From Trichomonas gallinae (Eukaryota): a stretch of 37,707 nucleotides of DNA. The position numbers were made by a program, and so were the translations under genes. The DNA is taken from the NCBI GenBank assembly GCA_008369845.1, contig MRSU01000033.1, positions 1-37,707 on the forward strand, given 5' to 3'. The notes beneath the pieces were generated by a model. That model did no database searches and was not told the origin of the DNA. It was given only the letters and a program-made list of their open reading frames with translations. Within the stretch, counting starts at the first letter, position 1, and every line of letters begins with the position of its first letter. This document shows positions 1 to 11,400 of this stretch, piece by piece.

Positions 1-508
1 GTTATTAATAAATACATTCCGTTATTTGATTTGCATATAAAACGCCCTCTTTCTTAGAAAAAATGAAAAAGTTTTTTTTTTTTTTTTTGTTCATAATTAG
101 GTAAATATTCAATGGAAATTTTATATATTTAATATCTCAGAAAACGTGTGTACAAATCTTGCGTCTTCGCGTCCATAAGCCCCTTATGAGCCATATAACA
201 CATGGTGCAACTTTCAGCCAAAAATTAAGTGTAGATTTTATATATTGTACCTTTTACAGGGTCTAACGTGACACTTTTAAGTAATGCTGAAATAATTCTA
301 TAAATTTGCAGTGAAATTGATTCGCTCTAAGTTATAATATATAATATGAAGGATGCATTTATTGAGGGGAAATTCTTATTAAAGAGAGGTATAAATGCTG
401 AGAAAGGAGTTTAATGTAGCTAAAATAGGGGAATAACTAAATAAAAAGGGGTTTGTTTAGTCCAGCAAATCTGATGTTAATTATAGTAAAGAAGAAGGAG
501 ATAATTTT

Positions 509-825
509 TCTGAATTTAATGGCTTTGCTCTATCATCGATAACAGATCCTTAATTGATGGATCTCCAAGCGTTTTAAAAGATTGGTGGTATGAAATAGGT
601 GCATATAGAGATTATATAGATTTGAATCACTTTCCTGGACCATTCACAGTCCTATAGATCCAAAAATACAGCTGCAAGAGTCCAACAAGTCGATCTTTGG
701 ATTGAATTGATTCATTGAAATTTTTAGGTCCATTATTTATGTGTAAAACCTGTTGTTACCAATCCTACCAAAGCTTACATCAATTAACACTTGTATTATA
801 TGTAATTATCAATTCAGAAATTTGA
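509..825 (+). pseudogene. Frameshifted relic of a Trichomonas multigene-family protein (3' part)
   Basis: Hand translation across frameshifts and stops gives SEFNGFALSS / IDGSPSVLKDWWYEIGAYRDYIDLNHFPGPF / RVQQVDLWIEL / FMCKTCCYQSYQSLHQLTLVLYVIINSEI* (TGA 823-825). The C-terminus matches the Cys plus hydrophobic tail of other genes in this window. Family resemblance is from recall only. Confidence 0.45.
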
Positions 826-1904
826 ATGATTATTCAAATTATAAATTTTACTTCATTTAGTTATTTTTTTTACTAAAATAATTGTAGATATATCATGTAT
901 ATGAATATTTTGTTGATGTAATACTGATTTGCGATTTGATATAATTTTGAAATTAAAAAACTGTTCATTGATAATTATTATCACAAAGTATGTGTAAATA
1001 TTGAATCATTATTGATAAATATGAATTTGTTTAATATGATTATTCGTAACAATTGTTTGAAAAATTAGAAAATAACGAAAATATGGGTTTGATCGATTAT
1101 TGTGTGATTCCTTTTTGTATATGGAGGATTAGATGATGGTTATTATATTCAAATCTCTTAAAAACGAGTTTTGAAGTAATAATAATATTCTCGTTACTAG
1201 TTAAAAACGAATCGCAGATGATAATTTCGTTCTTGTTTTTTAAATAGTATTGACATATCTGCATCTATTGCTCGGATAATTTTATTGTAGATGGGGAAAA
1301 AAATCAGAACTTTACATTTTCTGAAGTTTACATACAATTTTCTATGTTTCATCAGAAATATTTTCTACACAATTTTGAGAAACCAATTAAAAATAAAGAT
1401 AATATATTTCATTTTTAAAATCTATTTTTCAAGTTTCTTGATATTTTAAACGTGCATCAATTTTATTTTTATGAAACTTTTCTATAAGATATAAAGATTC
1501 ACAACTTACACATCAGAATGTGCTTCTCTTGTTGTTACTAGGGAACCAATATAATCATGAAATTATTGTTATAAAGGTCATTTTTGCGATGTTTTTATCA
1601 ACTGGAAAATTAAAATTTATTTTTGGGTGAAACTTAAAATATAAACTTTATATTGTATATAGATTTAATATTTTGGTTCAAATTAGAAAAATGAGTTTAA
1701 AAACGGATTTATTCCGATTTTATCGATTAATCATGATATAGATGTTATTAGCATTCTAATATTTGAGTAAAAAGCTTTTTTATATTTTTTATTAATTTGT
1801 AAACCATTCAAAATAGTCCATGATAAACATGCTCATTTTAAACAAATAATCCAAAATAAAAGAAAATTGGCCAAAATTTACACGGTTTTTGTAAAATGTT
1901 TGTG

Positions 1905-1911
1905 TCATTTT
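1905..1911 (+). promoter_or_regulatory. Initiator (Inr) element TCATTTT of the Myb gene
   Basis: TCATTTT starts 30 nt upstream of ATG 1935 and matches the Trichomonas Inr consensus. It also argues against the ORF-track start at 1896. Confidence 0.6.
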
Positions 1912-1934
1912 TTTGGTATTATTTTCAAACACAT

Positions 1935-2678
1935 ATGGGCAAAAACTGGACTGCTTCAGAAGACACCGAGTTAATGAGGCTTGTCCGGAAGTATGGCCGC
2001 CAGTGGAATGTTATTGCCTCGCATATGAAGGATAGGACAGCGAGTCAGGTTTTAGCCAGATGGGAAAAGTGCCTCGACCCTGTTATTGTCAAAGGTCCTT
2101 TCACAGAGGCTGAAGATGACCTCATTAGAGAGTACGTCAAGGAGCATGGACCACAAAACTGGCCAAGAATTACTCAATTTCTACCGAACAGAAGTCCAAA
2201 GCAATGCAGAGAACGCTGGTTCAATCACTTGGACCCATCGGTTGTAAAACATGCCTGGACACCAGAAGAAGATGAGCTTATCTTTCAAAATTACTTGAAA
2301 CTTGGATCTAAGTGGTCTGTTATTGCCAAGTTAATCCCTGGTCGCACTGACAACGCCATCAAAAACAGATGGAACTCGTCGATTTCAAAGAGGATTTCGA
2401 CTAATTCCCTCCACAAAGAAATTCTTCTTCCCGACAGATCGAAGAAGCGCAGGAATGTTGACATTCCGAAGAAAATTATTACAAAGTTCGAAACACCTGC
2501 TGATGTTTCCTTCGAACCTTTCTCGGAGAATAATTTGCTTTCTCCAAGCAGGTTGAATTCGCCAGCGCCGCCGATCCCTGGCTTCAATTCAACACCCGGT
2601 GCATTTGGGGGCTTGATCTCTCCCAATGTCTCCGACATTTCGCCAATTGCTACCTTACAATGCGTAGCCTTCAACTAA
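1935..2678 (+). CDS. R1R2R3 Myb DNA-binding transcription factor, close paralog or ortholog of TvMyb3 (247 aa)
   Basis: Three Myb repeats (NWTASED..W..RT..Q..RW; GPFTEAED..W..RSPKQCRERWFNHLDP; AWTPEED..W..GRTDNAIKNRWN), then KRISTNSLHKEILLPDRSKKRR, resembling the Myb3 C-terminal hairpin and basic region. Ser/Pro-rich tail. Start placed at MGKNW, downstream of the Inr. Confidence 0.93.
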   Translation: MGKNWTASEDTELMRLVRKYGRQWNVIASHMKDRTASQVLARWEKCLDPVIVKGPFTEAEDDLIREYVKEHGPQNWPRITQFLPNRSPKQCRERWFNHLDPSVVKHAWTPEEDELIFQNYLKLGSKWSVIAKLIPGRTDNAIKNRWNSSISKRISTNSLHKEILLPDRSKKRRNVDIPKKIITKFETPADVSFEPFSENNLLSPSRLNSPAPPIPGFNSTPGAFGGLISPNVSDISPIATLQCVAFN

Positions 2679-3085
2679 ATTCCAATAAACTCCTACTAAT
2701 TTTACTACATTTTTACGGTTCTTGTTGACAAAGCTATACTTTAATTCGACCAATATTTGGACATTTTGTTATTACTTCATGTTATATCAATTCTATGAGA
2801 AAATTTCGCAGTTTTTATACGTTTTTATCAATCAATTAAGCGTTTTTGTTCGCTTCAAAGGAAATATATTTTTGAAATATATTTTTATCCAAAATCGTCA
2901 ACTTTGTGACTAAATATACAATTTAATTCTGCGATATAATTGAAATATAAAATATTAGCGGTTCATTGTGAAAAAATATTTTTGAAATAATAAAAATATA
3001 AAATTTATAACAAACATTCATAGGAAAAATCGATTTTTGAATGGAACAAAATGCTCTGATGAACTGAAGAGAAATTAATTGTTTT

Positions 3086-4786
3086 TCATTTTTTGATCTC
3101 TTTAACTGGGATGTCAACCATATTTAGTAGAGCCTCATGTTGCTTAGATAATGTAGATTTCATCTGCAAAATCGAATTTGAGACAATATTTGATAATTGC
3201 ATAATTTGTTGAGAATTTTTAGAACTTTCGCTTGCAGAAAATTGAGACTTTGATTTTATCGATTCTAGAATCTCTGTTTTCATTGTATTAAATTCTGATC
3301 GACGAATACAATGACAATGAGGGTCATTTAGCTCTTTAATCTCCTTTTCATAGTTTTCTATCTTGATTTTCAGCTGAACAATTATGTTATTAAGGTTTTC
3401 TTTCTCTGATTCAAGATTTTTCACTTCATTTGTTTTATCTGTTAAATTCTTTTCGACTTCTCCTATTTTATTCATGTAATCATCTATTTCTGCAATCATA
3501 TGATCGTTTTCCGTTGACAAATCAGATATTTTTGTTTCTAATATCGGAATCTGTTTGATTTTCTCTTGCAGCACATTAATAGTTTCGGCCTTTAGCTCAT
3601 TTTCTTTGTTGGAAACTGTCAATTGGCCGGAAATATCTGTTACTTGCTGAGTTAGATTTTTGTTCTTTTCTGTAGCTTTAGAAAGCTTGTGTTTTAGCTT
3701 CTGCAGCGAGTTGATGTACTCATTTATCTGGTCTTGCTGTATTTTGCTTTGGGACTGCAATTCGCTGTTCTTGTCGTTTGTTACTTCGACTTCTTTCTTT
3801 AATTTTTCGATTTCATTTTCTTTTTCTGTTGTTTTCTGTTCCATGCGTTTCTGTTGTATTCCTATACGTTTCTGAGCATCTGTGAGTTTGTTTTCTAGCG
3901 CTTTTTGGTCATCATTTTGATCTGAGATTTTTTCTTGCAATTGCTTGATCAAATCCTGGTAATCCAGTGCCTGCTTTGTAATTCTGTCGATTTCAGCCTT
4001 CTGTTGTGCAATTGTATCTGTTCCATCAACAACAGTTTGATTTAGAGCTGAAAGTTCTCTTTCTCTTGTATTATTCAACTCCTCGTATTTCCTGTTTAAT
4101 ATTTGGATGGTAATTTCGTATTTGGAATTGTTTTGTTGAATCTGATCCCTTAAACTTTCGATAGTTTTGTAAGCTTGGTTTAATTTGTCCTGCAATGTAT
4201 CAATATCTTGGCATTTACGTGAATATTGATCATTGGATGATCGTAATTTGTCAATTTCATCGTTTGCTGATGAAAATTTGGCTTGCAATGAAAAATATCT
4301 TTGTATTAAATCATTTAAGAACAATTTCGTACCATCAGGAAGTGAAATAGGAGCTCCATTGCGTAAATCATTTCTTTTTGCGTCATCAAGAGCATCTTCA
4401 AGCTTTACTTTATCTCTACTTAAGTCATCATTGCTCTTTTGAAGATTTTGGATTTTGATCATTAACTCTTTGTTCCTCTTGTCTGCACTTATCTTTAAAT
4501 TTTCGAATTGTAGCTTTAAACTGGCATTTTCAGATATTGCTTCGCGCAACTGAGTGTTATCTTTCTTTAAATCGACAATTCTTACCTTATATAGTTCATA
4601 TTCCTCTTCAATTTGTTTGTATTTCATTTTAAGATCGAATAATTCCTTCTGTGTTTTCGTTAATAAGACTTGGTATTCTCTAACCAATATAAACGGATCC
4701 TGTTTAGCAGTTGCTGCATCGTCAATTGTTGATATATCGTGAAGAAATGAAGTTTCGTCAAGAACAGCAGAATCTAATTCGGTCAT
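3086..4786 (-). CDS. Long coiled-coil protein (566 aa), function unknown
   Basis: Open frame rich in K/E/Q/L/N with heptad character throughout. First ATG is at 4786 (MTELD); the ORF track start at 4816 is TTG. Confidence 0.85.
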   Translation of the reverse strand: MTELDSAVLDETSFLHDISTIDDAATAKQDPFILVREYQVLLTKTQKELFDLKMKYKQIEEEYELYKVRIVDLKKDNTQLREAISENASLKLQFENLKISADKRNKELMIKIQNLQKSNDDLSRDKVKLEDALDDAKRNDLRNGAPISLPDGTKLFLNDLIQRYFSLQAKFSSANDEIDKLRSSNDQYSRKCQDIDTLQDKLNQAYKTIESLRDQIQQNNSKYEITIQILNRKYEELNNTRERELSALNQTVVDGTDTIAQQKAEIDRITKQALDYQDLIKQLQEKISDQNDDQKALENKLTDAQKRIGIQQKRMEQKTTEKENEIEKLKKEVEVTNDKNSELQSQSKIQQDQINEYINSLQKLKHKLSKATEKNKNLTQQVTDISGQLTVSNKENELKAETINVLQEKIKQIPILETKISDLSTENDHMIAEIDDYMNKIGEVEKNLTDKTNEVKNLESEKENLNNIIVQLKIKIENYEKEIKELNDPHCHCIRRSEFNTMKTEILESIKSKSQFSASESSKNSQQIMQLSNIVSNSILQMKSTLSKQHEALLNMVDIPVKEIKK

Positions 4787-5414
4787 CTTTTGATTTTGAA
4801 TCGAAATTTTGAGCAAAAACTTATTTATATACTATGAAAACGCTATTTATTTAATCAAAAGAATTTTTAACATAAAATGGCCGTTTATAATTTTTTGGAA
4901 ATTTTATTTTTTCAAAATCTAACCATGAACTGCATGTATATTGACTATAATTAGCTAAATCTTAATGAAAATATCATAAATATGCAATATTTAGAATTTT
5001 TCAAAAATATATTTTTGTTTTTATTTCTTCTAACATCATGTATTTATTTAAATAGATTCTATACTTTCTAATACATAACTTGATTTTTACTTAATTCATT
5101 AATAAATTTTTCAATAAAAATTCAAAAGCATAATATATAATTCTGATCTAATAAAACAAACTTCTATAACTTTTATAGTTTTATTTTATATTCATTATTG
5201 ATTTAAACTAATTATTTTCTAAATATTAAAAATATTTTCAATTTTTTATTAGTGTTGCTCAAATATTTTCTTGTCAAATATAATTGATTTCCATAATAGA
5301 AGTCAAATGATTAGTAATTTAAGATAATTTTCTAATCAATATATTTTTGCTGTAAAATCATCATATGAATGATAGTTTTGTAAAAATATGAATAATAACT
5401 ATATAGTCTATTAT

Positions 5415-6587
5415 TTACAACATTCCTGCACGAATTTGGAAGTTCCCTGAATATCCTTGATATTTTACAGTTGGTGCTTGTTTGAATTCAGGTGCATCCA
5501 TGACAGAGATATCGGCTATTTCGCATGATGATATTGCATTTGGGATTGAAAATCCGACTTTAAATGTTGTGCATTTGCAAATTTCTGCGCATTCTATTGT
5601 TCCTTGGAGTTCTTGTGTTTTTCCAGCCTTTAACTTACCAATATTCCAATTCATTTGGTCATTTAACCCTGTAAACGTTCCCTGTGTTGGAATTAATGTG
5701 TGTTCTAAAGATTTAGGAATAACAAACGATATTATGACATCATTTGCTGGAGTATTGGCTGTAACAGTAATTTTGAGTTCAACTTTAGTCAAATGAGGAG
5801 TGAAACTAACGTTTATATTAACTGGAGATTTGAATTGTCCTTGAAGTCTGTAATTAAGAAGAGTAAACTTGCCATGCGGTGGAATGAACTCTATTCTTTT
5901 AGAAATGAAATATAATTTTTGATCAACGCAACGATGGAATGAGATATCATCAAAAACAGGTGAATTTCGAAAAGTAAAGCTGCAACGTGGTGTTCCGTTG
6001 ACTTGAGCATCAACAAAAACATCTCCTCGAATCTGTAGATTGTTAATTTTTCCGTTCATAGCCATATTATAATCGAAATATTCATCAACGCTGAAATTAA
6101 AATATTGTGACTTGTAGGTAAGATTATTTGCTCTCCATGGATAAATTCCGCTTAATTGTGGTTTATCGTCATCCTTTTTCGGTATAAACTGTAAAATATT
6201 ATTATAATCTTCGGCCAAAGGAAAGTTTGAGTCCATAAAAACATCTAGAACGCGATAAACTGTTGTAAAATTATCTTTGACGCCGAATTCAGTCAATGGA
6301 TCTTCAACAAACAAATGAAGAATTTCTTCTATTTTTTCTAAGTATGAAACGTAAAGAATTGCTGAAGTATCACCTTCTATAACAAGAATTATTGTAACTT
6401 CGCCTGAATTTTTGATACAATAGAAATATTTTCCGTGCTGTACTAAAGGTTTAAATGAATTTGGGTCCTGTGAATATTCTGCGATACTCAATACGCTATT
6501 CATGATATCACTATCCTCAGGAGGCTTCATGTACTGAGAAAGAATCGACTGAGGGTCTTTTGTAGTAATGAAAATTCCCCGAAGCAT
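5415..6587 (-). CDS. Adaptor protein complex medium (mu) subunit, most like AP-3 mu, divergent
   Basis: N-terminal longin-like region (VKDNFTTVYRVLDVFMDSNFP), then PWR, FDDISFHRCV, FIPPHGKFTLLNYR, WNIGKL and terminal VKYQGYSGNFQIR, all mu-homology motifs. ATG at 6587. Confidence 0.88.
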   Translation of the reverse strand: MLRGIFITTKDPQSILSQYMKPPEDSDIMNSVLSIAEYSQDPNSFKPLVQHGKYFYCIKNSGEVTIILVIEGDTSAILYVSYLEKIEEILHLFVEDPLTEFGVKDNFTTVYRVLDVFMDSNFPLAEDYNNILQFIPKKDDDKPQLSGIYPWRANNLTYKSQYFNFSVDEYFDYNMAMNGKINNLQIRGDVFVDAQVNGTPRCSFTFRNSPVFDDISFHRCVDQKLYFISKRIEFIPPHGKFTLLNYRLQGQFKSPVNINVSFTPHLTKVELKITVTANTPANDVIISFVIPKSLEHTLIPTQGTFTGLNDQMNWNIGKLKAGKTQELQGTIECAEICKCTTFKVGFSIPNAISSCEIADISVMDAPEFKQAPTVKYQGYSGNFQIRAGML

Positions 6588-7330
6588 TTTTGTCAAATTT
6601 GACAATTTTTTAATTTGCAAAATTTTGATGTAAATAGATGCGCAATAATATATATTCTAATTCTTCAATTTCTTTTTTCCGAATCATTCATTTTTAGCTA
6701 AATTTTTAAGAAAATATATTCGAAACCACATAAAACAATTCGTCTAATGATTATAAACATTTATACAGCATCAAAATTTCAAAAAGTTGAAAAAATAAAT
6801 TATTCGAAAATATAAACTAAAAATTAGGGCACAATTTTCATAATTTAAAATGTTAGTCCTATATAGATAACAATATTAAGAAGATAAATAAAATGTGCAT
6901 GAAAATCATAAAATCAAATAATGATTATATATTTTTTTTAGAATAAAACTATTGATTTTTAATTCTTTTCGTTAAAAAAGCATTAAACTTTAATAATAAA
7001 CACTAAAACAGATTTTATATTAGTTAAATATTATTTTTATCCAGATAATTTATGCAAAATAGCGTGTTTTTAAAAATTCGTATTGGATGAGACATATATC
7101 TATGAGTAATTAAACTTGTCCACAGAAATGGTATAATACACGATAGAAGTTGAGTAAGAAAACAATTATTTTATGTATAGATTTAGAAGATTAGGTTATT
7201 AAAAATTATTCGTTAGTTGAATTTAATTAATTTATTTTATCGAAACTGTTTACTCGTATATGGGTAAATAGATTTCCAATCATGTTTTTCACTATAACAA
7301 AAAAATAATAAAAATCAAAATAATTGGGTT

Positions 7331-7825
7331 TCAAACATTCCATGAGAGGTCAATTGTACTCTGATGAGCATTCCTGAAACTTTCTGTTGGCTTCGCTGTC
7401 AACTCTCTTTGCGAACGAATGAGCTCGAATTCTGGTTTATTGTAACTTTTCTGGTATACAGTCTTATAGCGTGTCTTGTTTGGATCGTAGAACCTTGTGT
7501 TGAGCATATCGAATGTTTTAGAATTATCGAGGCTCCTTGTTGCTGTCGGGGTAGAACCCATCATTAATTTTCTCTTTTCGGTCTGTTCGACGCGTTTTTT
7601 AAGCTGTTTCATTTGGGCAATTTTTTCTTGATCAGTGTCCAATTTGTATGTAGAAGCCATTGGCGTTTTATCATCGTAAATTAAATCTGGATTTTTATGA
7701 CGTGCTGAAACGTGTAAATCAACAGTCATATCTTTGATTTCTACTGTCTTGTTTGTATATGCGTCAAGGTTCTGGCGCTCTTCCCACCAATTTCCAACGA
7801 GTGTTCTCGTACCGTAATTCTTCAT
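7331..7825 (-). CDS. 164-aa protein with N-terminal NWE motif (CFAP107/CFAP95/CFAP68-like microtubule inner protein candidate)
   Basis: N-terminus YGTRTLVGNWWEER matches the Y..xxLxGNWxEER motif of axonemal MIPs. Later short motifs ASTYKLD and KTVYQKSY resemble tubulin-binding repeats. Confidence 0.7.
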   Translation of the reverse strand: MKNYGTRTLVGNWWEERQNLDAYTNKTVEIKDMTVDLHVSARHKNPDLIYDDKTPMASTYKLDTDQEKIAQMKQLKKRVEQTEKRKLMMGSTPTATRSLDNSKTFDMLNTRFYDPNKTRYKTVYQKSYNKPEFELIRSQRELTAKPTESFRNAHQSTIDLSWNV

Positions 7826-8485
7826 CTATATTTGTACGTTAATCGTTGGATGTCAATTTTTGCTCGTTATTAACAATTTATTCCAGGGGCTGTTTCTTTA
7901 TAACAGGGGGTATCAAAATCATAATTAATATTACTTAAGTATATTTTATATATTGATATTGTTGTTTATCATATATTTATAATTTTATATTATTTTGTCA
8001 ATTTGTTATTATTTCAACGAATATCATATTGAATAATCTCATTTTCATGTGAATAATAGATATTTTCTCGTTCAACACGATTTTAAAATTTTTAAAAGGC
8101 TTTTATACGTAGTTAGATAGCTTATATATTAATAAAAAAGCTAAAATATTGATCATTATCTATATACCAGCAGATACTTGAGAATTATCTTATATATTAA
8201 TATCATTAGAATAATTTTAGTGATTCGATGGTTATGATTTTGCTCACTAAACAAATTCGTTATTAACTTTTTAAATAATCAATAATTTAGCATCAATATT
8301 AGTAATAGATTAATATTATGCAATTAATTTTGGAGTATTTTGATTTCTTATCAAGAATTCGCACAAAAATTGAAAAATAAGTTGATAAATATGGTATATA
8401 TCATTATTTATATCTAAAAATCACATTTAAATCGAAATTCATTTTTTTACAATTTTTTTTTCAACGATTTTGTAAACTTTTTTCA

Positions 8486-11400
8486 ATGACTGATGGTGAA
8501 CAGTATCTTGATCGAATAAACAGGATCAAAAGATACAAGGAACACTGTGCACGCATCGCATCGGATAAACACGCTGTTAATGATCGAGCTGAGCCAGCAA
8601 TACATTTTATGCAAACAACAGCTCGTAAAAATCAAATCAGAAAACATAAATTAGATCATGAATCTGAGCTAATAAATGAAGTGTTGCAGTTCGGATATCA
8701 AAGAGAAATGAAAAAACGGAAATTACAAGATCGCCTAAAATCTCCACGTAGATCTACAAGACATCCATTCAAAACAGCATCATTATCCTCTAGTCAAAAC
8801 AGTGATTCAATATTTTTGCCAGGGATTCAACTAGAAGATGATATGGAATATGAAGAAGAGCCATTATGCTATGCAGAATCAATGGTCAAACATACACAAG
8901 TAAGCACAACGTCTAATCTACTTTTTGGCGAAACTGGTGATGATCCATATATTTCTCGCGATTTAATCAACCAAATTATCCATGAAAATGGCATGAAACA
9001 AATTACTGCACAGCCTTTATCATTACGCCAAAGAAAGCCAAAGCCAGAACTCATTGCTCCAAAACCAAATACAATTAGAAGGCTTCCAAGGACAAAGAAC
9101 GTCGCTGAGCCAACATCATCGAAGAAGACACCAAGGAAGAAACCAACACAGGATCCTCTCAAGTCAATGAGGATCAAAGATGAAAATGAAGTCCTCGATG
9201 ACTTAAAGCGTCAACTCGATGCCGAAAACGAAAGAAAGGAGCAAAGAGAACAAGCAAGACAGAGACGTCTGGAGCAGGAGAGGAAGTGGCGAGAAGATTT
9301 CGCAAAGAGAATGCGAGAGAACCAAGAGAATCATTTGCAGTATTACAACTTGAAATTGGAAGATGATAATGATGAAGAACATCAACAGCAGCAACAAGAA
9401 GAAGAACATGAAGTTCACGAGCCAGAACACATCATTGTTGCAAAGCCAATCACAATTCCAATTAAGGAGCCACTGCCGAGAAACAACGCTAGTTCAAACT
9501 TCAATGAAAATGATGAAGAAGATCTCGATAAAAGATTCGGCGAAGAGGAAGAAGAAACAATATTGTCTGATTATGTCCGTAAGTTGAAGCCGATCGAAGA
9601 TGAACTCAACGAAGAGAAGAATGAAGAAGAAGAAGCAGCTTCTGACAAAGAATTCGAAGAAATCGAAAAGTCAGCCAATGAAGAAGAAGATCAAAATCAA
9701 GAAGAAGAGCAAAAGAATGAGAACCTTGAAAATGAAGACGAAAATATTGAACATGCAAACAATGAAGAAGATGATCAGCAGCAAAAAGAAGAAGAGGAAG
9801 AAGAAAATGTTTCTCTCAAAGGTGCTCTTCTTGGACATCTTCAGATGCACGACGAAAAACATAAAGATGAAGAAGAAACATCTCTTAAGGAGTCTCTCAT
9901 TGATCAATTCGAAGAAAAGGATGATGAAGATCAAAACAAGGAACAAAGTTTGTCTCTCAAAGAAGAAATCATTGAACAAATTGAAGAAAACGTCGAAAAG
10001 ACCGAAGAAGAGGAACCTAAAGAAATTTCTCAAGACATAGCTGAAGAAGAGGAAGAACAAAAAGAAAAAACTCTCCGGCAAACTGAAGAAGAACACAAAG
10101 AAGACAATCAATCTCATGAAGAAGAGAAAGCTCAAGATGAAGAAGTCAAATCTCTATCGCTTCATGATGCTCTTCTTGGACATCTTCAGATGCACCATGA
10201 AGAAAAGAAAGAAGAAGAGAAATCTCTTAAGGAGGCTCTCATTGATCAACTTGAAGAAAAGAATGACCAAGATCAAAACAAGAAACAAAGTTTGTCTCTC
10301 AAAGAAGAAATTGTTGAACAAATCGAAAAACCAATTCAAGAAAGCATTGAAAAGACTGAAGAAGATGAACACAAAGAAATTTCTCAAGACAAAGCAGAAG
10401 AAATCAAGAATGATGCTGATGAAGAGAAGTTTGATGAGTTGAAACAGGATGAAGACGAAGAAGTCAAAACTCCATCGCTTCATGACGCTCTTCTCAACCA
10501 TTTAGAACCAGCTGTCTTCGATGAAAAAGAAAAGTTCGAGGAACTCGAGAAAAGTGATGATGATAAGGAAGAAACTCAACAAACCGAAGAAAATCAACAA
10601 AAACAGGAAGAGGAAGAGAAACATGAAGCCCATGAACCAATCGCAAAGATTCCACTTCTCAAACTTGGAGGATTCTCAACTGAAAAGAAACAAGATGAAT
10701 CCAAGGAAAGAGAATTCCATCTTCCAATCCAAGAAACAGCTCATGAAGTTGAAGAGAAAATCAATGAAGAAGAGAAACCAGATGGTGACATGCCTCTCTT
10801 AGCACATGCGCTTGGATTTTCATCATTTGGAAGCAACAAAGAAGAAAACAATGAGGAGGAAGATACTCATATGGAAGTAGAAAAGACATCTTTATCTGGT
10901 TCTTTGTTCAAAGGACTCAGCGATAAAATTATCAGCAGAGAAATCGACACAAATTATGAGCAACTATCAGAGAATGTTGAAAACACTGAAGAAGAAACAA
11001 GAAATAAAGAAAATGTCGATGTCCAGATAAAGGAAGAAGAAAAACCAGAATCTTCTGATAAAGCTCTTGATTCAAATGAGCCAAAACAATCTCTCAATGA
11101 AGAAAAGACTTCTGAAGAACCAAAACTTTCATTGATGGGTGCAATTGCTGATAAACTTAATCTCGATGAAAAGGCAAACGATGAAGAAGATAAAGCTGAA
11201 GTTTCTTATAAAGTTCTCGATGAAATAGAACCAGAGAAACCTGAAGAAAAATCAGTTGATAAAGAAAAGACAGAAACTTCTGATCAAACTCTTAATGAAG
11301 AAAAAACAGAAAAATCAGTAGATGAAGAAAAATCTGAAGCTTCTGAAGATAAAGCCGAGGAACCCAAATTATCTTTGATGGATGCATTTGCTGACAAACT

